DNA of 64,000 bases from NCBI GenBank assembly GCA_964016885.1, contig OZ024746.1, positions 11,656,001 to 11,720,000 on the forward strand, read 5' to 3'. The stretch's first letter is position 1; every line of letters begins with the position of its first letter. Both the position numbers and the translations under genes were made by a program. Source of the DNA: Eledone cirrhosa (Eukaryota). Shown here one piece after another: positions 1-10,299 of this stretch. The notes beneath the pieces were generated by a model, which had not been told where the DNA came from, ran no database searches, and saw only the letters and a list, made by a program, of their open reading frames with translations.

Positions 1-615
1 CTACTGAAATCTGGCTTAGATACATGGATGACACCTTTATACTTTGGCAACTCCATGAAGACGTCAAAGTTCTTGCAGACAACATATGTCAATGTAATTT
101 GCCCTAGAGAAAGAAATCAACAACCAATTGCCATTCCTTAATGTTTAAGTGCTAAGGGTAGAAACGGGTGTCAGAACATCAGTATACAAAGCCAATAACA
201 ACTGGGCTTCACTTAAACTGTCCATAGTATAATCAGTCTATCAAAAACCAATAACGACACAGTGTTAAGAAACTAATTATGAAATGACTACAGCATCGGG
301 CAATAACAATTTGCATCAATACTTTACTGCAAGATCTGTCAAAATCCAGAGTATTACTACAAGATCTGGCTGTCAAAATCCAGGGAATTACTACAAGACC
401 TGACAAAATTCAGATAATTACTATAAGATCTAGCTGACAAAATTCATAGATCTAGCTGATAAAATTCAGAGAATTACTGCAAGATCTGACAAAATTCAAA
501 GAATTACTACAAGATCTGGCTGACAAAATTCAGAGTAATTGGAAAACATAAACAGTGTTCAAAAGCAACACAATTACACTTTTCAGATTCCTCATCAAAT
601 TTAAGCCAAGTAAAA
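1..615 (+). mobile_element. Penelope-like element reverse transcriptase remnant
   Basis: Frameshifted translation WLRYMDDTFILW...EKEINNQLPFLNV...TSVYK...TG.HLN, then ...DKIQ...VFKSN, matching the PLE RT/thumb consensus (RYVDDTF, LPFLDV, TSVYRKPTHTG.YL). Confidence 0.75.
324..536 (+). repeat. Minisatellite, ~30-34 bp unit (TTACTACAAGATCTGGCTGACAAAATTCAGA), 6-7 degenerate copies
   Basis: Directly visible tandem units with no unique spacers. Confidence 0.85.
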
Positions 616-852
616 AGTGACAGAAGCATATCTATCTGAAGTACATTCAACATTGACAGAAGCACATATCTATGAGAAGTACAATCAGATCAAAATGGTT
701 TTCATTAGTAAAAGATAGAATTAAACAACCAAAATAACAATTGTAAATACACCAGCAGCTTTGTAGATAAATACATTACTAACCTAGTAGTGCACATATA
801 GATATTGTAAATAGACAACTGTAATTAATTGTAGAATGAAAATTAAACTTTA

Positions 853-1200
853 TCATCATCATTTTACGTCCGCTTTTCCCTGCTTGCAAGGGTGGAACGG
901 GAACTGATTCTGGCTTGATTTCTACAGCTGGATGCTCTTCCTAACACCAACCTCATTTCCAGTGAGTGCTGGGTGCTTTTTTCCGCAGCGCCTACATGTC
1001 CACTTTACAGTGTGGGCTGGGTGCTTTTTTGCTGTGGCACCTCCACGACCACTTTGCAGTGGAATGATAGGGACCCCACTCCCTATCATCTCATTTCTAC
1101 AGCTGAGTGAACTGGAGCAATGTGAAATAAAGTGTCTTGCTCAAGGAAATAACACATCACCAGGTCTGAGAATTGAACTCACAACCTTTTGATTGCAAGG
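853..1200 (-). mobile_element. tRNA/CORE-type SINE with RTE tail (5'-truncated copy)
   Basis: Reverse complement of the copies at 34859, 42628 and 61063. Ends in an (ATG)n tail. Confidence 0.85.
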
Positions 1201-1307
1201 AATGCATTTGGGAATGGGTTAATACTACTGATATTGTTTGCTTTTGTTTATTTGCCACAAGAGCAATAACAATAAATAAATAGTTTTTTGTTTTTATTAT
1301 TATAAAT

Positions 1308-1505
1308 GGAGGGCGGTGGATTGGCAGTATCGGTAGAAGGTCGGACGCCATGCTTTGCAGCATAAAGTTACAGCCCTTTACGTCTGAGTTCAAATCCTGC
1401 CGAGGTTAATTTTGCCTTTCATCCTTATGGAGTCAATAAAATAAAGCACCAGTAATGCACTGGAGTAATTGCTGGCCTTGTGCCAAAAGTAGAAACAATT
1501 ATTAT
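1308..1505 (+). mobile_element. tRNA-head SINE with Deu/Nin-like central domain
   Basis: B-box GAGTTCAAATCC, then ..TTTGCCTTTCATCCTT..GTC(G/A)ATAAAATAAAG.ACCAG and an (ATT)n tail. Many copies in the window. Confidence 0.8.
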
Positions 1506-2278
1506 AAATGGAACAATCTTTGAATAAGCCTAGCAATAATAATTTCAAACAATCCTAAGTCAATGCCCATTCAGACAGTATCTTTACTATTTTAGTTTAT
1601 ATAGCAGTCTAGCAATACAAATAAAACCAAAGAAGATAGAGTCACTATGTAGTCAGTCACTCAACCTCCTACACAGAGCAGCCAATTCTCTATCTACTGT
1701 CATAAAAAAAGAAAAGAATAACACATTGAATAATGTTGTCCTGTTTGAAATTATCATCACCACCATTTAACAGTTATTTTCCACACTTACATGGATTATA
1801 GAAAAAAACAAACACAAAGTATGGTCAAAAGTCTTCTCAATCAAAGTGACTCAGGGCTAGATAACAACAGCAGCATGATACATGCAGTATACAGCTGTTT
1901 CACATATTTACTAAACCATTTCAGTTAATTCCCTGCCATATAGAAATTAAGACATAATTTTAGAATTCACATGAGATAAGTTCTACTTCTCATAATAAAT
2001 ACAATGTGTACGGAGGGTTTTAATTCTGTATTTATATGTACAACAGAATATCTTCCTACATTTCCTTACAGTCTTTTGTTCTAATTCTACAAGAGGGGAA
2101 TATATTTCATAATTAATATGGACTAGATGAAGTTAGTAATGATGGTCTGCTATCAACTTAATACCTCTCTCAAACAATTGGCCTTGTCCTGCTTTATCAA
2201 ATTACATCATAGTATAATTCAACTAGTTTATTCTCCAAATATTTCAGGTAATGTATTTTTACACATATATATTATAAT

Positions 2279-2466
2279 TTAACCTTTTAGCATTTACATC
2301 ACTCTATATTTATTAATGTACATAATATTGAATCTATGAGATTTTTATATTATTTATTTTGAGAACAATACCTTAACACCAGTATGAGTGGCCGGTTACG
2401 GCCGGTTTGAACAGAAAGAGATGAGAGAATTCTGGCTGGATATGGCTGGTTTAAATGCTAAAGAAG
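2279..2466. mobile_element. TTAA-type MITE family A (degenerate copy)
   Basis: Inverted homolog of the intact copy at 19468-19683. Confidence 0.7.
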
Positions 2467-2494
2467 TATGTGTTACAAAAAAAATGATGGTAAA

Positions 2495-2943
2495 ATGGGG
2501 GATCAGCTTATATTCAAAGTCAATATTTTGCCAACTTCAAAATTCTATGAGGTGCTAAAATATTTTTGCTTTGGAGGTGAATATTACACCGGTTTCACTT
2601 TTGACACAAAATTCACATTTCCTATTGTTTTTGGTATGTTTTGAATGACTATGACCTTCAAAACGGGGAAATTAGTTTAAAAAATTAAAAAATAAAATTA
2701 TTGTGTAATGGAGTTGTAAAATAAAAACTATAATCTAAAAGACACTTAAAACATTTTAAATATCAAAATATTAAAACTTTATAAATATATTCTCCAGTCA
2801 TGAGAATTTCAAAACTGCCCCATCTAAACATAATGTGTCAATTACCTGCCTTGGCTTATAAACAAGATTTGGATTTTGCCTATTTCTCAGACATAGGAGT
2901 CAACTTATATTTGGATCGGCTAATATTTGAGTATATACCGTAA
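2495..2943. mobile_element. Tc2/pogo-like non-autonomous DNA transposon remnant
   Basis: Terminus related to CCGTATATACTCGAGTATAAGCCG. The body is homologous to 18350-18988 (inverted) and 48720-49015. Confidence 0.6.
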
Positions 2944-3522
2944 ATGAAAATATTAAAGCTCAATGAGAAAGAACAAATAGTTCACAAGATGATATTAAAA
3001 GGTTGAATAAAAAATACTTCCAACAGTTTTCTTTTATTATTTATTTTCATTTCTATCATTTTTTTTATTGAAAGGCACTGAATAGCAAAATCTAAAATGC
3101 AGTGATCAAAATGGCAAACAGAATTTAGTTTATGTTCTGAATTAAAATCATGCTGAGGTCAACTTTGCTTTCCATAATTCTAGATGATGATATAAATGGA
3201 TTACTCAATCCACTAAATTTACTATCTTGTGTCTATGCTAGAAACCATTATTTCCTAAAATAAAGTACCAGTAATGCACTGGGTAATTGCTGGCCTTGTG
3301 CCTAAAGTAGAAACAATTATTTCCTAGGTGAAAAAAAAACACACACAGAATCTATCTAAAATGTAAAAACAAATCACTTTACTATAAGAAAAACGAATTA
3401 CAAAAGAAGAAAACAAAATAGAAATCAAAAACACACAAATCATAAGATATTTGTTTGGCTATAAACCATTTTTTCAATGTACATATCAGACATTTTAAAA
3501 TCTACTGAAGCAGATATTTCTT

Positions 3523-3785
3523 CTTTGCCTACTTATTCCTAGTAGGGTCATAGGGAGAAGAGTCCTCAAGCAAGCCTTCCAGTGGGTCCTGTCAGAAGCA
3601 ACCATCTCCAATTGATCCAGCTGAGCTCATGGATGCTATCCAACCAACTTGCTCTGGATCTACCTCTGGGTCTCCTGCCAGTTGGTTTTAACTGTAAAAT
3701 CTGTCTAGCGATTCTTTCCTGAGACGTTCTAACTTCATGTCCGTAATAACGGAGCTGTGTTCTCTCAATTCAAAGTAATAGCTCT
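3523..3785 (-). mobile_element. RTE-type LINE 3' fragment
   Basis: Translates IERTQLRYYGH..R..QERIARQILQLKPTGRRPRGRSR..W. Homologs at 49945-50200 and 18180-18310. Confidence 0.75.
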
Positions 3786-4227
3786 ACTGACCAGGGTGGA
3801 TATGCTGCATTTTTCATTGAATTAGATGAAATCTTGAAAATAAATTTCTTCTGGGACAAGTCTTGTGTACCGATCACTGTATAAGGAATGGTTCTGTTTT
3901 AGAAATGCTGAGAATATGAGACACCCAGAAAGTATCAATGAAGATACTGTATCTGCATATGATTATCAAAAGAAATGAGGATGTTATGTATTTATTTCTC
4001 CTTTCTAGAAATAGGATTGATGCTTCAGTGAAACACTACCAAATTGTCAGATTCAGGAGGGTACAATAATCCCCTTCATCTATATTGAGAGCAGCTGATG
4101 TAGCATACTGAATTGTTGGTGTTAAAATAAAGAATTGTATCATTTACATTGGAGTGAATAAAGGATTGATCCCTGGAGTTGATGATGTAGCATAATGAGA
4201 GAGGATGTCAGATTAGTTCTTAATATT

Positions 4228-4485
4228 ATCATCATCACCGTTTAACATCTATTTTCTACGCTAGCATAGGTTGTCTTGTGAAACAAGTCAGATCAGGTGA
4301 CCGTGTCTTGTTCATACAGAACTGTTTCTGGCTTGGTTTCTACTGCTGGATGCCCTTCCTAGCACCAACCACATTTACAGGATGGGCAAGGTGCTTTTTA
4401 TCGTATCACCAACACAACCACCTTATAGAGTGGGCTGGGTGCTTTTTGTCATGTCGCCAACATGACCACCTTACAATATACAGTA
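4228..4485 (-). mobile_element. Non-autonomous RTE-tail retroposon fragment
   Basis: Contains the shared module GGTTGGTGCTAGGAAGGGCATCCAGC and an (ATG)n tail, read on the minus strand. Confidence 0.6.
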
Positions 4486-4654
4486 TCTCCTTATAATATA
4501 TAACCAGCAATTTCTGTCTGTCCGACAGTGGAAACACGTGCGCGCGTGCGAATCTTTTTTGCGCACGCGTAGAGAGAGAGTGAGAGTGAAAGAAAGAGAC
4601 AGACTACGAGAGGGGGATAGCGGGAGGGAGAGAGGGGGGAATTGAGGAGTGCTA

Positions 4655-4786
4655 CAGAAACATGTATACATTTCTGTGTGTGTGTAATATATATATATAC
4701 ACACACAGAAATATATATACATTTCTGTGTGTGTGTAATATATATATATACACGCACAGAAATATATATACATTTCTGTGTGTGTA

Positions 4787-4819
<33 letters not shown>

Positions 4820-4845
4820 GAAATATATATACATTTCTGTGTGTG

Positions 4846-4889
<44 letters not shown>

Positions 4890-4969
4890 GCACACAGAAA
4901 TATATATACATTTCTGTGTGTGTAATATATATATATATATATATATACACACAGAAATATATATATATT

Positions 4970-5012
<43 letters not shown>

Positions 5013-5112
5013 CACACACAGAAATGTATATATATTTCTGTGTGTATATATATATATATATTACACACACAGAAATGTATATATATATATACACACAGAA
5101 ATATATATACAT
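4655..5112. repeat. Compound satellite with palindromic unit ACACACAGAAAT(AT)nACATTTCTGTGTGT separated by (TA)n
   Basis: Directly visible. It is the source of the YI-rich ORFs in the track. Confidence 0.9.
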
Positions 5113-5336
5113 CCCTTAGCTACTGTATCTGTTGCTATCTCTCTCCCTCTCTCCAGCTATCCCTCTCTTTTAGTCTGTCTGTTTCTCTCACTCTCACTCT
5201 TTCTCTTTGTAACTCACTAACATTCCTCCCCTCTATCGCTGTGACAAATGGGGAGGAGGAGGAGAGAGTCACTTCGTCACTTCACTTCTGCCTTTCTTTC
5301 TCTCCCCTCTCACTCCCTCATTACGTACAGACATTA

Positions 5337-5491
5337 GGGCGGTGGATTGGCAGAATCTGTAGAGAGTCGGACACCATGCTTCATAGCATGGAGTTACGTC
5401 CCTTTACGGTCTGAGTTCAAATACCGCCGAGGTTAACTTTGCCTTTCATCCTCACGGGGTCAATAAAATAAAGTACCCGTAATGTACTGGT
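5337..5491 (+). mobile_element. Deu/Nin-like SINE
   Basis: Same head and central domain as 1308-1505. Confidence 0.8.
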
Positions 5492-5619
5492 GAAAATTAT
5501 TAGAAACATTGCTTCATTTTTACATATCTAAGCATTAGTAAAATAACTAATAATTTCAAAAGTAATTTTTCAATTCCAATTGTTATGAACAGCAAAACAT
5601 TAATAATAATTTTGTTCTA

Positions 5620-5872
5620 AGAAATATATATACATTTCTGTGTGTGTAATATATATATATATATATACACACACACAGAAATATATATACATTTCTGTGT
5701 GTGTAATATATATACACACAGAAATATATATACATTTCTGTGTGTGTAATATATATATATATATACACACACAGAAATATATATATATATACACACAGAA
5801 ATATATATACGTTTCTGTGTGTGTAATATATATATATATACACACAGAAATATATATACATTTCTGTGTGTG

Positions 5873-5914
<42 letters not shown>
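5620..5914. repeat. Second array of the palindromic CAGAAAT/ATTTCTG satellite
   Basis: Same unit as 4655-5112. Confidence 0.9.
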
Positions 5915-5915
<1 letters not shown>

Positions 5916-5917
<2 letters not shown>

Positions 5918-6291
5918 CCGACCTTACCCAATTACACCTCTCAAAGGCAATGACTCACGACCGTGACCTCTGGCGTCACGCAGTAATACAGAGTACCCGA
6001 CCTCCCATGGGTACAAGCTGAAGCATATAGACAATATGCCCCCACAGCCTCCACCGCAAAAAAGCACCCAGCCCACACTGTAAAGTGGACATGTAGGCGC
6101 CACGAAAAAGCACCCAGCACTCACTGTAAATGAGGTTGGTGTTAGGAAGAGCATCCAGCTGTAGAAATCAAGCCAAATCAGTTCCTGTATGAGCAAGGCA
6201 TGGTCAGCCGACCAGACACTGCCCACAACAGGACAACCCGTTTAACCCATGCTAGCGTGGAAGAACGGACGTAAAACGGTGATGATGATGA
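5916..6291 (+). mobile_element. RTE LINE 3' end (ORF C-terminus plus long 3' region)
   Basis: ADLTQLHLSKAMTHDRDLWRHAVIQSTRPPMGTS*, then the ~45-bp repeat module, AGGAAGAGCATCCAGCTGTAGAAA and a (GAT)n tail. Inserted in (TA)n. Confidence 0.7.
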
Positions 6292-6420
6292 TATATATAT
6301 ATACACACACAGAAATATATATACATTTCTGTGTGTGTAATATATATATATATATACACACACAGAAATATATATACATTTCTGTGTAATATATATATAT
6401 ATATACACACACAGAAATAT
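6292..6420. repeat. Third array of the palindromic satellite
   Basis: Same unit as 4655-5112. Confidence 0.85.
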
Positions 6421-6901
6421 GTCTGTCTGTCCGTCCCTAAAACTCAAATGTAGGTGCTACAGAAATATTACCTTCCCCTTCCTTTCTCCACTTTGGTACT
6501 ACCAAGAGAAACACTGTCGCTATAGAAACATTACCTTCCCCTCTCCACTGACTTTGGTCACTGAGGCCGAAGGAATCGCTGGTTGCTATAGAAACACCTT
6601 GCACGAGCCAGAAGTAACCAGTTCGAGGCAGTTCTGACCTGACACCATGCCAAGGACCATTTGAAGAAGGTTGCCATTGAATTTGTGGTTGTTGTTGCTG
6701 ATAATAAGGACCATTTGAAGAAGGTTGCTGCTGATGAGGTAATTTATTAATCAGATTACGCAGTTCCATAACCTCAGTCTGGAGCTGCGGGATTTGATTA
6801 ATACGTTTGATTTGTTCAATTTCTCATCCAAATCTCAACAATATCAGTATATACACTAGATTTGCTAGCAGAAAACCGCCCACCGGGTGGTTTTCTGCTA
6901 G
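6420..6901 (+). mobile_element. Probable non-autonomous Helitron
   Basis: 5' tgtctgtctgtccgtccctaaaactc resembles the next element. The 3' end has a GC hairpin followed by CTAG at 6898-6901. Confidence 0.5.
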
Positions 6902-7810
6902 TCTATATATATAAAACTGAGGATGTCTGTCTGTGTGTGAGTTTGAATCCCTAAAACTCGAGAACCACCCAACCGACTGTTTTCAAACTTTACACATGTA
7001 ATACTTATGTTTCAGGGAGTGTTCTGAGCAAAAGAAATTTCAAATTTTTTTTACCGCATTAGGCGATTTAGCGATCTCTCTCTATAATTCTTAGTCTTTC
7101 TCTTTTTAGATAGATACATACATATAACGTCGCGCCCTTATAATATCTGTCTGTATGTCTGACTGTCTGCATTACGTCACTTCCCTGAAGATGTGTGTGT
7201 GTGTGTGTCTGTGAGTTTGAATCCCTAAAACTCGAGAAGTCCCCAACCAACTTTTTTCAAACTTTACACGTGTATTACTTATGTTTTAGCGAGTGTTATG
7301 CGCATAAAAAAATTCAACTTTTTGATCCCTTAGGGCACGCATTAGTTGAAAAACTGCGTTTTTTCAGGTTTTTAGGGGTTTTTGAGTCGTTACGTCAGAC
7401 TGATTTCCTTGAAATTGTAACTATGTATTAGTCAGTCTCTTCATACCGTGAGCCAAAAAATCCAACTTTTTTTATGGCCTAGGGCCCACATTAGGTGAAA
7501 AATTTCATTTTTTTTTCAGCTTTTTAGGGCTTTTTTGAGGCGTTACGTCTAGCCGATTTTCCCAAAATTTCAAGGCATATTATGCACATAAAAAAAATTC
7601 ATTTTCTTGATCCCCTAGGGCCCGCATTAGGTGAAAACCTGCATTTTTCCTGCTTCATCAAGGAAAATCTTAAAGATTATCCAACCATCAGACTATTTGG
7701 TTTATTTTCTTTACATATTGTCCATGCATGCAGTTTTTCCACGATTAGGCCTGTTGGCGGCCCACGTTCCAAAATACCTTATCCCGTGCAACGCCGGGTA
7801 CCACTGCTAG
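6902..7810 (+). mobile_element. Non-autonomous Helitron
   Basis: Starts TCTATATATATAAAACTG. Ends with hairpin CCCGTGCAACGCCGGG, a short spacer and CTAG|T. Internal duplicated blocks (6922-7050 vs 7190-7325) and ~150-bp subrepeats. Confidence 0.8.
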
Positions 7811-8760
7811 TAATCTATACAAGAGAAATATAGTCATAACGTTTCCAAATCATACTTGTTTTCACTGACAAGTGCATCAGCTTTTGTTTAGTCACAGGAT
7901 TTTTGTGACATAAATACAAAAACAAGTTACCCATGGATATGGATTTCCATAATTTGTTCTTACAATTACTTGAGCAGCCAATAAGTCCATAATTATATTG
8001 ATACAAAATGCAAGTACATCATACAATACAAGGTCAGTAGTATTCTGTTTCTCTGAGGAAGTCTTCATTAAAAGATGTACAACAACTCAGATATGGAAAT
8101 ACACTATGTTGGGACATAGCTTGATATTGAAAAAAGAAAACCATGTAATATGGTTTCAGCATTATTATGAATATGAAAATTCTAAGAGAACATACATGTG
8201 TCGATAAAAAAAAAAAAGGTGAGAGTGTTGAGAGTGTTTCATGGGAATTGGAGATAGTAGATGAGGATATTCTCAAATATATGATTGTTTTAAGTGGCTA
8301 AGAACAGTATTATATTTTTTTGTTGTTGTTGTATTATTAAAGGCACAAAGTAATCATTAAGAACACCACCTCACCCCCCAGTAAACAAGACTTGTTTATG
8401 TAGTTATTTCGATGACCCTCGTAAATTTTCAAAGAAATAAAAATCACACACAAGTGCAATAAACAGAAACAATTGTTTACCCTTTCATGATCAGAAGTAT
8501 CTGACTTCAGAAATAGGTAATATATATACTGGATTGTCATGACCAAATACTAATGTTTCTCCAAAACATTAGTACTAGTATTTCTAGTTTATCTGTGTAC
8601 TTTTTCCACTTATTATCGCTATCTTCCTCAAATATTTACAATGTAAGAGAATCTATTGATATTATTATCTAAACTATAATAAAGGAAGGTCTGCAGGACT
8701 GCGTACGGTTTTTTGGGTTTTTTATCCCGTTAGTAAAATAAGTTGGATTACTTTGAATAA

Positions 8761-8949
8761 ATAATTGTTTCTATTTTTGACACAAGGCCAGCAATTACAC
8801 AGTACATTACTGCTACTTTATTTTATCGACCCCGTAAGGATGAAAGGCAAAGTTAACCTCGGCGGGATTTGAACTCAGATCATAAAGGGACGTAACTCTC
8901 TGCTTCAAAGCATGGTGTCCGACTCTCTACCGATACTGCCAATCCACCG
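8761..8949 (-). mobile_element. Deu/Nin-like SINE, full length
   Basis: Reverse complement of 1308-1505. Confidence 0.8.
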
Positions 8950-10106
8950 GAATGAATATTACATAATGTATCTACTAAATTTCGTAAAAATAAATAATTT
9001 AAAATTGACTTCTTTTCAAAGTTGCACTTCCGGTATATCGTTGCCCCCACCACTTCAACTACCATATATATAGAAAGAGAGAGTGTGTGATGTCAACACT
9101 TCCGGTGGCGATCATTTAAATAAACATATTAATTTTCTCCTAATGCAGTTTATATATAATATCGTTTTTTTTTAATGTATCATGGATTATGTTACTGATT
9201 ACATAAGACAGTGTTAACAACATCTTCGTTCAATTTCTGTTTATATTGTCAATTACGATTTTATTTGATGTATCATATTTACATGTATATATACCTGCGT
9301 ATAATATCAATATACACACTACACATGCTTCAGTTATTTTAATTAGGCCAGGGAACACAACTGAGAGAAGGCATGTGTCCTTGGCAGTCAGACTAATCCT
9401 GGACCTGTAGGGTTCCTAGATTAAACACTAGGTGACTGTCCCTATTTGTTTTTTGTTTTTTTTTTTGTTTTTTTTGTTTGATTTTTAAATATATCTTTCT
9501 ACAACTGATTGTGTGTCAATCTCCATTTTAGTAAATTGTCCTCGTAATGTTACCTTTGTGACAAATTACTGATATTATAATTGCTGAGTGATTTTGTTTG
9601 ATTTTTTTTACAACCATAGCTAATTATTATAATGAGTTTTGGGTATCAACTATGTTCCCAGAACATATAAATATCCAAATATTTTTATGAGTGAATGTAT
9701 GCAGAGAAATCATCAAAAAAGGAGTCTGTGAAAATATGCACTTCATTTAAGTCTGGTTATTCTCCTTCTGGGAATAGAATCTTACTAAGAATATGGATGC
9801 TACCAAGAAGAACTATTATATAATGTTCTTGGGTGGAGAGATGTTCTGGTAGAATGATTCATGATGTTACAAAGTAAACAAATCTAATCTGTTCATATCA
9901 TTTGGTGGCTAACTTTCACATTACATCAAGCTTGCATTTTAACAAATATGTTACACAAAAGGTTGAGCAAAACCATACTTTCAGTCATCCCTATATATTA
10001 TTTCATATAAAGTTGTTATTAAAATAGAATTAAAACCATTAACACATCTGTTCCCCCATAGAACGGATGTAAAATTGAAATGGAGATAAACTTGAATATT
10101 ATTTAT

Positions 10107-10299
10107 TTAACCCTTTCATTAACGTGTTTTTAATTAAAGAAACTGCTTATTATTTTCTAAGAATTAAGATAGATTTAGTAATATAACTAACTTTTTTCAT
10201 TATTAAGCTGGTGTTTGGAAAACAAAGGTTCTTAAAATTATGATTGAAGGATTTTAGATAATTGTATACACTTAGGTGGCTTGCTATCTAAAGAGTTAA
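10107..10299. mobile_element. TTAA-type MITE family B (degenerate)
   Basis: TTAACCCTTTCATT start. Body TCATTATTAAGCTGGTGTTTGGAA recurs near 14650, 15270, 22450, 52590, 52950 and 53655-53896. Confidence 0.55.

Noticed and set aside
324-536. CRISPR-like array
   Set aside because: Contiguous degenerate tandem units without unique spacers, no cas genes, and a eukaryotic context.
932-1192. Recurrent ORF ...LQLSKLEQCEIKCLAQGNNTSPGLRIELTTF (also at 34872, 42641 and 61076)
   Set aside because: Antisense translation of the SINE CORE and tRNA head, not a gene family.
4471-6447. Long YI/THT-rich ORFs (up to 213 aa), and similar ones at 17511-17877 and 37408-37697
   Set aside because: Translations of (TA)n/(CA)n satellites, which lack stop codons by composition.
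8548-8574. 11-bp-arm hairpin, plus short tandem duplications near 19805 and 47570
   Set aside because: Expected by chance or slippage in AT-rich DNA.
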